Source: Chiloscyllium plagiosum
Lineage: Eukaryota
Reading direction: 5' to 3'
Assembly: GCF_004010195.1 (NCBI RefSeq)
Contig: NC_057721.1
Span: 44,719,240-44,783,239, forward strand
Length of the DNA stretch: 64,000 bases
In this document: positions 37,350-50,212 of the stretch, piece after piece
Position numbering within the stretch: position 1 is the stretch's first letter
How the letters are laid out: the number at the start of each line of letters is the position of its first letter
Made by a program: the position numbers and the translations under genes
The notes under the pieces: model-generated
Databases searched by the model: none
Told to the model about the DNA's origin: nothing
The model's input: only the letters and a program-made list of their open reading frames with translations

Positions 37350-38830
37350 CAATGACAACAAAGAAAATTACAGCACAAGAACAGGCCTTTCGGCCCTCCA
37401 ATCTAGATCCTGTATCTAAACCTCTCACCTATTTTCTAAGAATCAGTGTTCTTCTGCTCCCTGCCCATTCACATACCAGTCTAGATATATCTTAAATGAT
37501 ACTATCGTGCCCGCCTCTACCAGCTCCGCTGGCAGCACATTCGAGGCTTCCACCACCCTCTGCATAAAGAACTTTCCATGCATATCTCCCTTCAACTTTT
37601 CCCCCTCACCTTAAATTCATGGCCCCTAGTAATTGAGTCCCTCACTCTGGGAAAAAGCTTCTTGCTACCCACCCTGTCAATACCTCGCATGATATTTTAG
37701 ACCTCTATCAGGTCCCCCCTCAACCTCTCTCTTTCTAATGAAAATAATCCTAACCTACTCAACCTCTTTTCCTAGCTAGCATCCTCCACACCAGGCAACA
37801 TCCTGGTGAACCTCCTCTTCACCTTCAAGCATCCACATCCTTTTGGTATTGTGGCGACCAGAACTGTATTCCAAATGTGGGCTGAACCAACATCTTATAC
37901 AACTGTAACATGACTTGCAACCCCTGTACTCAACACCCCATCCGTTGAAGGAAAGCATGCCGTGTGCCTTCTTGACCACTCTATCGACCTGCATTGCCAC
38001 CTTCAGAGTACAATGGACCTGAACATCCAAATCTCTCTGTACATCAATTGTCCCTAGGACATTTCCATTTACCGTATAGTTTGCTCTTGAATTGGATCTT
38101 CTAAAATGCACCACCTCATATTTGCCTGGATTGAACTCCATCTGCCATTTCTCTATCCATCTAGCTAGTACACCATGGACCCCATGCGACTTCACTTTCT
38201 CCATTTGCCTACAATGAGGAACCTTATCAACACCTTACTGAAATCCATGTATATGACATTTACAGCCCTTCCCTCATCAATCAATTTTGTCACTTCCTCA
38301 AAAAATTCTATTAAGTTGGTAAGACATGACCATCCCTGCACAAAACCTGGGCCTATCACTGATAAGCCCATTTTTGTTCCAAATGGAAATAGATCCTATC
38401 CCTCAGTATGTTGCCCAGCAGCTTTCCTACCACTGACATCAGACTCACTGGTCTATAATTACCTGGATCATCCCTGCTACCCTTCTTAAAGAAAGGGACA
38501 ACATTAGCAATTCTCCAGTCCTCTGGGACCTCACCAGTGTTCAATGATGCTGAAAAGATACCTGTTAAGGCCCTAGCTATTTCCTCTCTTGCTTTCCTCA
38601 GCAACCTGGGGTAGATCCCATCTGGACCTGGGGACTTGTCCACCTTAAGGTGTTTTAGAATATCTACACTTACTCTCTCCTTATGCCGACTTGATCTAGA
38701 ATAATCAAACATCTATCTATAACCTCAACATCTGTCCTGTCTCTCTCCTCAGTGAATACCAATGCAAAGTACTCATTAAGAATCTCATCCATTTTCTCTT
38801 ACTCCACACATAACTTCCCCCCTTTGGCCT
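37350..38830 (-). mobile_element. CR1 LINE fragment with internal deletions
   Basis: Minus-strand ORFs KVDKSPGPDGIYPRLL...PEDWRIANVVP...GNYRPVSL and WQMEFNPGKYEVVHF. Confidence 0.85.
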
Positions 38831-40615
38831 TGACTTCTTCACTCTGTGTCACTATCTTCTCTCAGATACCTCACACTCACTCTACTTCAACTGCCATACC
38901 TACCTTCCAACAAGGCTCATGTTCTACAGCTCTTATTGTTACCTGCAACATCTTCCCTCACTTGCTCTTACCCACTCAAACCCACACCATCACAAACCCT
39001 GCATGTCCTCTGCACTGCCTACTCTCTTGGTTGGGAGATCTGCTGACCTACGCCAGATGTAATGCGTGTGTCACCTATTTAATCTCCCTTAACACCAGTC
39101 CCTCTCAAGGAAAACGTCTCTCCCTTTTGAAGAGAGCATCCTAACTCTGACTGCACTGTGTGGCTGATTGACCATGTCCAGCCCCTAGCTTGCTATTGAA
39201 AGCTGGCCTTGACTTACTTGTTGGGATCCTGCAATCGAAGGCTTTGACCTGACTGAGGACTACTAACAAGCATAACAGGTTTCTTGGCTTTGTGCCTGCA
39301 CTAAACAGCACTGCAAGCCAGCAGTACTGAGAGCCTGGTGTCTCTCATTGAGAGGGTAAAGCACAAAAACTCAAGGCAAGGCAGGGATAACTTTGAGTTT
39401 CAAGATAGGCTCACGGAGAGTGAGCACTATGAGAAGAGTGAGCACACAGCTATAAATGCAAGTCCATGAGCTGGGTTCTGTGTTTCTGAGTGTAGAGTGG
39501 CCTTGCTGCAACATTACAATGATAGTTGTTGTTTTGCCTCAAGGTGCATATTGAAGCACACTAACAAACAGTAAGTGGATTGGATATGTGTCATGAAAGT
39601 CCCAGAGGCATATGTCCTTTGACATGTGATGTATATGACCAGTTCCTATGAAGTGCGCCCTGAAATGTTGGGGCCTGGGGTCCAATATAGAGGCTCTTAA
39701 CAGTCCATGGCAAGCTAATGTTGGTAGATACTTGGTCTGATTTTCATATTGAGATTTACTAGCATCAAATTTGCTTGCCGTGGAAGGTGGGATGGAAACA
39801 TACATATTAATGAGGTGAGATGTGTATTTAATAAAGTCATTAACAAACAATAATCCCCCTCTACAGGCAATCACTGGTCCTGAGCGAGAATATCACCTCA
39901 ATGCCCGAATCTTATTTAAAAGATGCATCAGGTTACTCCCAATATTGAGGTAGGCCTCACTGGATTTATTGTGCAATTCTGCCACATTTCTTACAATGGC
40001 CCAGATGATTCAGGCTGCTGTAAGATTCTGGCCCATATCTCACTTTCAATGTGGTTCTGTGATTGGACAGTATTTCTTGAACATTCCCAATCACTTGAAG
40101 ATTACACAAACAACCACTCTAAAATTATCAATCAGCCTTGCAATGCGGTTCACTTCTATTTGTTAAAATAGAATGACCTGTCCTTTGTAAGCAGAAAAAA
40201 ATGTCCAGTCATTGTATTTTTTTGAATTAAAAGAAAAAGTATGGGGACTATGATGTCCTTCGTCACTCTTCACAACAATGCTTCTACCAATCAGAATTGA
40301 TTTGGCAACCAATCAGCACCACTTGCTCATGAAGTATAAATTATTACTCCCTTTGAAGTTTGGTATACTTGCATTTGTCCTGGTGAGTGCAAGATGAAAA
40401 GCTTCAAAGCCTGTCTTAATTTGTATTCAGCAATTCTCAAATTCTTTACTACTAAGGAACCAATTTAGTTGCAACAACAAAACTGAGGCAAGAGGTCAAG
40501 TTGCAAAGTATGGCAACATTTTTGCTTTACATGTATTCAATCTCCTTTCATGCCATGAATCATGCAAGGTTACCAGCATAGGTTTCAGTTTATTTAGACC
40601 CCAATGTACTCTATT

Positions 40616-40899
40616 GGGCTGGTATGGTGGCTCAGTGGTTAGCCCTGCTACCTCACAGCAGCACAGGTCCTAGGTTCAATTCCAGCCTCCACACTGTGTG
40701 GAGTTTGCACATTCTCCCTGTGTCTGTATGGGTTTCCTCCCACAGTCTAAAGATGTGCAGGTCAGGTGAATTGGTCATGCTAAATTGCCCACAGTGTTAG
40801 GCACATTAGTCAGTGGGTATGGGTGGGTTACTTTCCAGAGGGTCAGTGTGGACTAGTTGGGCTGAAGGGCCCATTTCCACATTGTAGGTAATCTAATCT
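40616..40899 (+). mobile_element. HE1-like V-SINE, diverged
   Basis: A and B boxes, V core, TAATCTAATC tail. Confidence 0.85.
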
Positions 40900-41429
40900 A
40901 TAGCTTGCATATTCATCTTATACTTATTTACATTTTTCCTTTAAAAATACAATTACTCACAGTGACTATGCATGCTACACTTTAATAACCTACTGTATAA
41001 TTATATCTCTCCTAGTCTCTCTTCATTTTCTTAGTTGTTATTTTAAATTGATTAATCTTTGTCGTTGACTCTCCAACTAGACCAAATAGTCTTCCCCTAT
41101 TCTCCACATTAAAAGATTGATCATATAAAATTCTGTGAGCTCATTTCATGGCCTATTCTGTTCTGGTGGCATTAGTCCAAGTAACATTCAGTGCAGCAAA
41201 TCAGATAGGGTGCTTCTTGCCAAAAACTAACCTCTAAAAGTATGTAATTTTATAAAAATACATCACTGACCTGACCCTCCATGAATCAACTGATAACCAA
41301 TATTTTTGGAAATGTTCTTTAAATTCTCAGAAATTCATGGACCAAATAGATTTTTCAACAGAATATTTGAACAAAAAGGGACATTACTGGAAACAATTTT
41401 AGTCATGGAAAAGCATTTTCTATTACAGA

Positions 41430-41495
41430 AGAGGAAATGAAATTAATGCAACATTGTTGGACAGTGACGTTGGTTCAGCAAAAATGTGTGGTTGT
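41430..41495 (+). promoter_or_regulatory. Putative leukocyte-type promoter of the IgSF gene
   Basis: GGAAATGAAA (ETS-IRF composite GGAAnnGAAA) at 41433-41442, TGACGT (CRE-like) at 41465-41470 and TGTGGTT (RUNX) at 41487-41493. All lie within 90 nt of the ATG. Confidence 0.5.
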
Positions 41496-41516
41496 TTTTG
41501 TCACTGTGACCAAGGC

Positions 41517-41553
41517 ATGATGTTGACTGTTATGTTGCTTGTGTTTTCAGTCA
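41517..41553 (+). CDS. Leader (signal peptide) exon of a V-J-type IgSF receptor gene
   Basis: Encodes MMLTVMLLVFSV plus 1 nt, donor A|GTGAGT, phase 1. A 116-nt intron follows, ending TAATAG at 41669. Confidence 0.85.
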
Positions 41554-41669
41554 GTGAGTACATCAATTTTACTTTTAAGTAACATGCATGATTAATCATT
41601 TCGTATTGTGGCAGTCTTATTAGAATGGATCAAGTTTTTTTTACTATCTACAAAATTGTGTTGTAATAG

Positions 41670-42020
41670 GTGCTGCCACTGAACTGGAGCTGCTACAATC
41701 TCCCTCATCACTGAGGCTGCAGGAAGCCCATTCTGCCCGTTTCTCTTGCCTTCTACAACACAATGGCAATGCAGTGAATGGCAGTTTCTATTGGCATCAC
41801 ATTGAAATAACATTTAGTGAATCGCAAGTGAGAAATGTCAGTACTGAGGAAGATGGTCGTATCACTTTCTTCAGTAGCAACGTGCCTAGTTTCCACAGCG
41901 TATTGATCATTGAAGACGTTCGTTATGCTGACAGCGGTTTGTATTATTGTAACATGGCCATTCATGGAGGTTCACATCCAAGAAAGATCACTGGCACTGG
42001 GACTCGCCTAATTATTCAAG
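41670..42020 (+). CDS. Germline-joined V-J-type Ig domain exon, NKp30/NCR3-like
   Basis: 351 nt, phase 1-1, open. Encodes SAATELELLQSPSSLRLQEAHSARFSCLLQHNGNAVNGSFYWHHIEITFSESQVRNVSTEEDGRITFFSSNVPSFHSVLIIEDVRYADSGLYYCNMAIHGGSHPRKITGTGTRLIIQ. Canonical C, W (C+15), DSGLYYC (C+67) and J-like GTGTRL. Donor G|GTAAGG. Confidence 0.9.
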
Positions 42021-42439
42021 GTAAGGGAAAATACCTCGATGAAACTCCCTACAAGTTTGGGTTAGGCATTGAATTGGCCTCTAAAAAAGCACATTTTGTA
42101 CAGCTGAAAGTCCTACATGCCTCACTTGTTCTGTTTATGACCTATTAACATAAGAATGTGAGAAAGTCTGTAATCAAGCCATAAAGAGCTCCCTCCAGGC
42201 TGTTCTGACAGCGGTGTGGAACATACTCCACTGTCTGGTGTTCTGCCCAGTAGCGTCAGTTGAACAATCCTTTTTCAACACAAAAACGGATATTGTTGGC
42301 GAATCTGCACGTCTGGCAGTATCTGTGAGAGGATAGCAGAGTTAACGTTTCGAATCCAGTTACTTCCTCAGAACTCGTCCTTTTCTACTAGTCAACCATT
42401 CCCAGTGAATGGCTCGGCCTCGAATTTCACTTCGAACTT

Positions 42440-43462
42440 CGGGTGACCATCCTCCAAGGTGGACTTTGGGACAGGCAGCAGAGGAAAGTGGCCGAGCAGA
42501 GGCTGATAGCTAAGTTCGGTACCCATAGAGAGGGCCTCAACCGGGACCTTGGGTTCATGTCACATTACAGGTGGTCACCATTGCACTACACACACACACA
42601 GATATCCCTACACACACACACTCTCACATACACACGGACACAGGTACACACAGACACGCACACAGACACTCACACAAACCCTTATAGACACACACTCCCA
42701 CACTCACACATGCACCCCCTCACAGACTTAAGACACTCTGCACTCACTACACACACACACANNNNNNNNNNNNNNNNNNNNNNNNNNNNNNNNNNNNNNN
42801 NNNNNNNNNNNNNNNNNNNNNNNNNNNNNNNNNNNNNNNNNNNNNNNNNNNNNNNNNNNNNNNNNNNNNNNNNNNNNNNNNNNNNNNNNNNNNNNNNNNN
42901 NNNNNNNNNNNNNNNNNNNNNNNNNNNNNNNNNNNNNNNNNNNNNNNNNNNNNNNNNNNNNNNNNNNNNNNNNNNNNNNNNNNNNNNNNNNNNNNNNNNN
43001 NNNNNNNNNNNNNNNNNNNNNNNNNNNNNNNNNNNNNNNNNNNNNNNNNNNNNNNNNNNNNNNNNNNTCTCACTTTTTAGATTAGAATCAATCTAAACAT
43101 CATGGCATAGACAGAGAACACAGGGGGTTAACACCTTCAACATATTGTCTAGCTATCACCATTGTTAACAGCTAACCCGAGAATGCAACTTTAAAAAAAA
43201 GGTTTTGTGATTTACACATGAAAAAAGTGAAACTATCACTGTATTCTAACAGATGAAAGGCTTAACAGACAATCAATTTTTCAATGTATAATTTCAGTTA
43301 CATCACGCTGTAAATTTTTGCTATAAATTCTGTGTTACGATCAAGCCCTCCACTATCACCTGATGAAGGAGCGTCGCTCCGAAAGTTAGTGTGCTTCCAA
43401 TTAAACCTGTTGGACCATAACCTGGTGTTGTGTGATTTTTAACTTTGTACACCCCAGTCCAA
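42440..43462 (+). mobile_element. PLE 3' fragment (GIY-YIG C-terminus, CA-rich microsatellite, assembly gap, tail with hammerhead motif at 43357-43391)
   Basis: Reads VTILQGGLWDRQQRKVAEQRLIAKFGTHREGLNRDLGFMSHY. The tail is homologous to 7880-8110. Motif CAC-CTGATGA-A-GGAGC GTC GCTCC-GAAA-GT-TA^GTG. Confidence 0.75.
42762..43067. other. Assembly gap (306 N) in a CA-rich repeat
   Basis: Run of N. Confidence 0.99.
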
Positions 43463-45923
43463 CACCGGCATCTCCAAATCATTCGAATTTAACTGAGAGC
43501 CTTTTTTAATAAAATGTTTTAAGCGTCCTGTTATAATACACCGCTGAAGTGGGTGAGACTTGAATCTAGGTGAAGCTCAAGTCACACTGTCACCAGACCA
43601 CAAGAACCCAAAATAGCCAGTGATATTGTATTCACATATAGGTGACAAAACAGCCACAAAACTGAGCACAGAAAGGCATTTAGCGACCAACTTTGGGGAA
43701 ATTATATTAGATGTAAGATTTAATTGTACACGCCATAATGCATTCCTTCTTAGAATTTCTACAACATTAAAGCGCAATTAAATTATAACAGCAGCAAATG
43801 TCCTTTGGTTGCTATTTCAGAAATATACGCTGTTACAATAATACTCAATGGTGGAAAGATTGCAGAAGTACAGAAGACCATCAGTTCTCTTTCTCTGCAG
43901 GAGCAGCGCAGCCTTCCCCATGCCTGTACCCCTGCAGTATTTTTTAACCCTCCCACAAAGTGATTATCTAAATACCTTTGGAAATTTGCTAACTTTTCAG
44001 AAAGTTTTCCTCTGGTCCCCACAATTTTGGCAATGGAAACTATCTCGATTCTGGACCCCTCACGATGTTTCACACCTATCAAAATTCCTTTCAATCTTCT
44101 CTTTAAGGAGAACAATACCAGGACCCCAGGTAAATTTTATGGGGATATGTATTCAAATCCCACCATAACAGATGGTCAAATTTGGATCAATAAAAATCTG
44201 AAATTTTAAAACAAGCCAACCTAATGATGAGTAATGGTGACTGTCAATTTTTGTAAATATCTGTTCAGTTCACTTATGTATTTTAGGGAAGGAAACTGCT
44301 GTCCTTATCTGATCTAGTATACATATGGTTCCAGACACAGAAATATGGTTAACTCTTAACTGCTCAGTGCTAATTAAGAATGGACAATAAATGCTGGCTG
44401 AGCCAGTTACATCCACATCCATAAATGAGCTAACAAAAAAAAGTCCCTTGGCATTCCACTAATGCAGCCTGGAACATGCACACACTTACTGCCAATGAAT
44501 GATGCACATTGTCCCTTGGTATTAATGCTGAGGAATCCTTTAACTCTATCACCACTTTATCACCCTTCTTCATGTTTTACCATCAAAAAGGTCGACTCAT
44601 AACCATGCCTTCAAGTGTCAGTATTTATACTATATTTGGAAAACATTATTACATGACAAAGCTGTAACAAGGAGAAAATGCAATTTCAATGCTCAGCCGA
44701 ATAGAGTAGTTTTTTCCTATTGGCTGATTCTATTTGGTCCACTCCTTGTAGACTGAAAGGAGGTGGAAGCATCCTGTTGACTCGTCTTAGCTGAGATGTC
44801 TGTGGTGGTTAACCTCATCATGGGTGGGGGATTGCCAGAGGAAACTGCTTTTGAATCATTGTAAGGCTAGCTTCCTCATCCTGGCTCTGCTGCACAGACG
44901 CAAAGGCAGTCACCTCACAAGGAATGCCACATGGTTTCTCCGTGGTTCTTGGTGTGCACTCTGATCTCTGGAGGGGAGTATCAGCAGGGGCCCAACTGAG
45001 ACCCTCTTGAAATATTAAGGTGCTGCCAATGCCATTGTCAATCTAGAAAACATGAGGCTGCATCCTGTGGACATCAGCACACAGTTCCTTTATGCATTGA
45101 AGGTGCTGTCACCAATGGCTCAATGTTGTAGGTGTACTAAATAAATGAATACAGGATTTCAGGAAAACAGGACAGCAATCATTTGTTTCAGACACATATG
45201 TGAAGGGAAAGCCTTAATACGAAGCTTCAAGCTCAGTCTGTTGGCTTACAGAAAATCTTCAAGCTTTATACAGATTAAGCACTTATATTACAATCCCCAC
45301 ACTTTAAGATCCAAATGTCCCATTTTATCTTTGTTTTCCATAATCTTTCATAGGCATTGTCTGTTTTTTCACCTAAGGCCTCTGAAAATATGGCTTCGAG
45401 CCACTAACTTTGATAGTCTGAACGCTTTTTTGTTCTTCATTGCTTTACACATCTGTAGTTCCCCCATGCTTTGCTAGCTTTGTGTATTACTGACTGACTG
45501 CATGGCTAAAGCTTAACTCATTTAATCCTTTCACTCACCATATGGTTCACCAGTCTTTCATTGGAGAGGCTTATACACACACAGCCCTGAGCCATAACCA
45601 TGCACATGAACTGGATGGATTCTTACACTTTCAGCTCATGATCCTGCACAGCCTTGGGATACTCAGACCAGTAACAGAAGTGTTTCTACATTACAAGGCA
45701 GAAGCTGCATTCCTAGGACTCCTGAGGCTCTACATCTGCATACCTCAGCAAAGCTATGTTTGTCCTCCCTCCTTTGGGGGGAATTGCCCACTTCTATGTC
45801 TGCAACATTCTGATGGCTGATTCATGCTCCTCACCCAAAGTCAGTGATCTAATTGCATATGAGAATTCACTAAGATGAATGCAAACATGTACAGATTAGG
45901 TGGATTGGCCATGCTAAATTGCC

Positions 45924-46117
45924 TAGGAGAAAGTGAGGACTGCATATACTGGAGATCAGAGTCGACGAGTTTGGTGCTGGAAAAGCACAGCTGGTCAAGC
46001 AGCATCCGAGGAGCAGGAGAATAAGCCGTTCATCATTCCTGATGCCCCTAACATCGATTCTCCTCCTCCTCGGATGCTGCCTAACCGGCTGTGCTTTTCC
46101 AGCACCACACTCTTTGA
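45924..46117. mobile_element. Fold-back PLE tail inserted in an older V-SINE
   Basis: 15-bp TSD CCATGCTAAATTGCC at 45909-45923 and 46118-46132, with inverted arms. Confidence 0.8.
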
Positions 46118-46186
46118 CCATGCTAAATTGCCACATAGTGCCCAGGAATCTGCAGGTTAGGTGGGTTAGCTCTTGTAAATGCGGGG

Positions 46187-46509
46187 TTAGATTAGATTAG
46201 ATTACTTACAGTGTGGAAACAGGCCCTTCGGCCCAACAAGTCCACACCGACCCGCCAAAGCGCAACCCACCCAGACCCATTCCCCTACATTTATCCCTTC
46301 ATCTAACACTACGGGCAATTTAGCATGGCCAATTCACCTAACCTGCACATTTTTGGATTGTGGGAGGAAACCGGAGCACCAGGAGGAAACCCACGCAGAC
46401 ACGGGGAGAATGTGCAAACTCCACACAGAGAGTCACCTGAGGCAGGAATTGAACCCGGATCTCTGGCGCTGTGAGGCAGCAGTGCTAACCAATGTGCCAC
46501 CGTACCGCC
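46187..46509 (-). mobile_element. HE1-like V-SINE, full length
   Basis: Same family as the 35912-36228 copy. Confidence 0.9.
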
Positions 46510-48123
46510 AAGGGCAGTCTGGGTGGGATGCTGAGAGTCAGTGCAGACTCAGTGAGCTGATTGACCTCTATCTGCACTGTTGGGATTCTGCGATTATATC
46601 TACAATGTACAGATCGTGCATTTGTAAGGTGTGATGATGAGTGTTTGCTGATCATGTTGGCTTATAGATAGAGAGGGAGAGGTGGACATTAGCACGTGTG
46701 TGTGAGAAGAAATCATGAAATTTAGCATTGGAGAGTAGATATCTCTCTTGGAATGAGGCTTTCCAAAGAAAATTGGTGTTTGGCGTGCAGCTGAGTATGT
46801 GGAGTACATTACAACTCCTAATAAGTGCAATGTCATTTATAATCTAATCTCTACTATGAGTGCGAATTTTTCCCTGACTGACATCTTCATGGTGTATGAC
46901 TCTGACTCATACTCCCTCTTCTTTTAAGGTAATGATATGAAGATAGGTTACCCTATACCTCTTTGGGTACTCTCTTACGTTTCTGCTCATGGACGAAAGA
47001 GAGCGTGACAGAGCACTGTCAGTGGCAGCTGCTCCAGTTCATTGGGGTACATGAATCAATGCTGGCACGTCCTCAGCAGCATTCTGAATGTGAGCCATTC
47101 TGAGCATTTAATAATGGCCGAGGCACATGGATTCTCCTGGTAAGGAGTTGCATGCACCCTCAGATTCCTCAGTGTCTGTCGGCTGCAGCAAAAATCCAGC
47201 CTCTATGTATTTCATTGTCCTGGGAGCTTTGGCTTTGATTGTCGTACCTTTCCTTGTCAGGAGGGATGTAGTTTCACCTTATGTGATCCATGCCCTTTTT
47301 ATATTAGTCCACTGTTCCTTTAAGGTTTTGCCTACCAATCTTCCACTACAATGTACTACTGTGTGGCACCTGATGTAATCTCATGATTACCATCTTTGAA
47401 CCTAGATTGTCCTCCTTGGAGAAGGTTGAGAGGAGATGTGATAGAAGTTTTCAAGTCAGGAGGGGCTGAATAGGGTTGAGAGGCAGAAACTGTTTCCATT
47501 GACAAAATAACCGAGAATTAAAGAACATTTAAGGTGAATGGTTAAAAAAAAAGTAGAGTTTAGTGCGGAGTTATTCTTATAGTGAGTGGGGAGGAATTGA
47601 ATGCATTGCTTGAAATGGTGGAAACATATTCAATCATGGCTTATATAAAAGAATTGACAAGTAACTCAAAAGAAAAAAGTTCACAGCTACAGAAAAAGAC
47701 CAGAAATTTGCAGTGAGACAGCCTGGATACAAAGATCTCCTGTGCTGTAACCAATCTATGATTTAGTATTGATTTTGATATTCATTGTCCTACTTTTACA
47801 ATTTAACTTAAAATAATATATCAAATATATAATTTTAATGATAAATGACCATAAAAACTCTACTAAGGTCTCCCCTTACATGTTCTTTTCCCTGGCTAGA
47901 AATCAAAGCCTTTCCCAGTATTGCCTCAAATCCAGAATCCAGTTTCTAAAGATTAGCATCCTGGTTGTTTGTTGCATGTGGCATTTAGTACTTGATCCTC
48001 TCTCTTGTGCTTCTGCAACAAAGATTACACACAGTAGTTAATTTGTCATCTCACAATTACTTTGCACTGTTGGTCATGACTCCCTCTAACATATATTCTA
48101 ATGTTTGGGATGTATAGGTCATA

Positions 48124-48251
48124 GGAGAAAGTGAGGACTGCAGATGCTGGAGATCAGAGCTTAAAAATGTGTTGCTTGTAAAGCGCAGCAGGTCAGGCAG
48201 CATCAAAGGAGCAGGAGAATCGACATTTCGGGCATAAGCCCTTCTTCAGGA
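48124..48251 (-). mobile_element. 128-bp PLE tail beginning at the hammerhead motif
   Basis: 14-bp TSD ATGTATAGGTCATA at 48110-48123 and 48252-48265. Confidence 0.85.
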
Positions 48252-50212
48252 ATGTATAGGTCATACTCTTAATTGATTTTTATTTACCATTCCTCATTGG
48301 CTGGGCATGTTGACACGTTAAGTATTTATGTAAAGCACAACAAGATGACACCATCTCATTTCCTCTGCCTGTTGCCATGGTGACCAGATTATAAAAAAGA
48401 ATGTCCATGCCTTCATTTGGAAAGGACAACATTTGACTTGGGTTTGAAATCAAAGGCAAAGTAGTTTTACTTACATTTCTCTACTCTGGAAAATATCATT
48501 TTGATGACAAGGTGGAGCAGGGGAAGTGGCCGGATGGGAGGGGCTGGGCAGTTGTCATGATGATGGCTATTTGTCAGTCTGAGGCCCACTGCAGCTAACA
48601 GGAATAATTCCCAATTTCTTCCTGTCTGGAATTGAAACTCATAGGTTACAGTATGCTGGAATTCATTACAGACATCTAGGAGGTGGGATGAGGATTGAAG
48701 GCAAAATGTTTGGGATTAAAAAAGCTGAGAAAGACACAGAGGATGGTTTGTCTATGGAATGAGCTGCCAGAGGAGGTGCTGCAATCTGGTAGAATCACAA
48801 CACTGAAAAGGCATCTGGATGGATGCACGAATAGGAAGAGTTTAGAGAGAAATGGGACAAATGCTAACAAATGGGACTCAGCATGGACAAGTTGGACCCA
48901 AGATTCTGTTTCTGTGCTGTACAACTCTCCAACATTATGACTGTACTTAGACTTCTACGATTGTTTTGGCTTTATCCATGGAATTTGCAATAAAGCTTCT
49001 TTTTTTATTTTGAGTTACTTTATCTGGATAAATTTAGTTTGCCATTGTTCTGCTCATTTATAATTTTTATGCAAATTGCTCTGTATTGTTTGAGTTGCTT
49101 CTTTTGATGTGATTATGCCTTCTACTCATCAGCTTTTAACACTTCATATTAATAACTCAAATTCAATCATGCACATTAGAAATAGTGGTGATTTCACCTT
49201 GGAAACATGGGACATCCCTTCCAGTGCTTCCACCAATCTACTCCCCCACACTTTGTGATCAGATCTCTGTGAAGATTTTGTTTGCCACCTTAAATTTATT
49301 CCTTATATCAATTTCTAGGGTTGGATGTAAATGTCGCAAAATTTGGCAAAAGCAACTACCTAAGCTGCACCATTGTTCCTGAGATATTCTGAGTATCTGT
49401 TGATAGATAGACCACTTTTTTAGATTAAACTTTAACAGGTCATGCATTTCTTTATATTTATATATTGTGATTACAATAGATTGAAAAATGATCACACTTC
49501 TGAAACACTTACTGCTGAAAGTTTGTTTCTTAATACTAACTTTCTTAAATTTAATTTTCATAGATGTGATTCACAAGTATGAATTCTATGAAAGTAGGTG
49601 CATTATTTTATTGTTATTTTTCACTTTCCCGTCAGAATTGCCAGTTGATAATTTAATTATGTCTCATCATAAGTGAGGGTGGGCAGGAATAAAAGAAATG
49701 CAATGAGACAAAAAGGAACGTGCGTATTTGGAAAGGAAAGGAACTGACGGCAGTGAGTCCTCACAAGATGACTCTGCAGAACTTGACAATTGTGTTAAAA
49801 TTGTCAAGAACACCCAAAGAAATATTTTATTTTCATATTTTCCAAATGAAATATTATGCCTAGAATAAATAAATAATATTCAAAGATGAGCCTTTAATTC
49901 CTTCCAATTCTTTCTGAACTAGTTCTTGCAACTTGGATTAACTATTAATTGCTCGAAATTCTTTCAATGGAATGATTACCTACATCACCAAATGGCTGCT
50001 GTGCACTGCAGACATGACTTCAGAAGTCAGCTGCCTGCAACAGGACAGGTTGCAAGAAATGTTGGTGCATGAACCAATGCAGTCATTACTATCTATATTG
50101 TATGCAATACCAACATCTGTAGCACATGTGCCACTGAAGAGGAGGCTGAGGAGACAAGAAAAGGCTGGGGCTTTGGCAGGAGCTGGGACAAAATCCACTG
50201 CCAGGAGCAGGA

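Noticed and set aside
46929-47010. Strong acceptor followed by GNDMKIGYPIPLWVLSYVSAHGRKRA-stop
   Set aside because: Too short and polar for a transmembrane exon. It has only a faint resemblance to a Harbinger transposase GYP..W motif, which is insufficient for either call.
47164-47270. Apparent phase-1 stalk plus transmembrane exon for the VJ gene (DSSVSVGCSKNPASMYFIVLGALALIVVPFLVRR)
   Set aside because: The acceptor is weak and there is no good donor. The opposite strand reads like a decayed CR1 ORF2 linker (GKTLKEQW...YIP..RKG...KAKAP), so the hydrophobicity is probably antisense coincidence. cDNA is needed to exclude exonisation.
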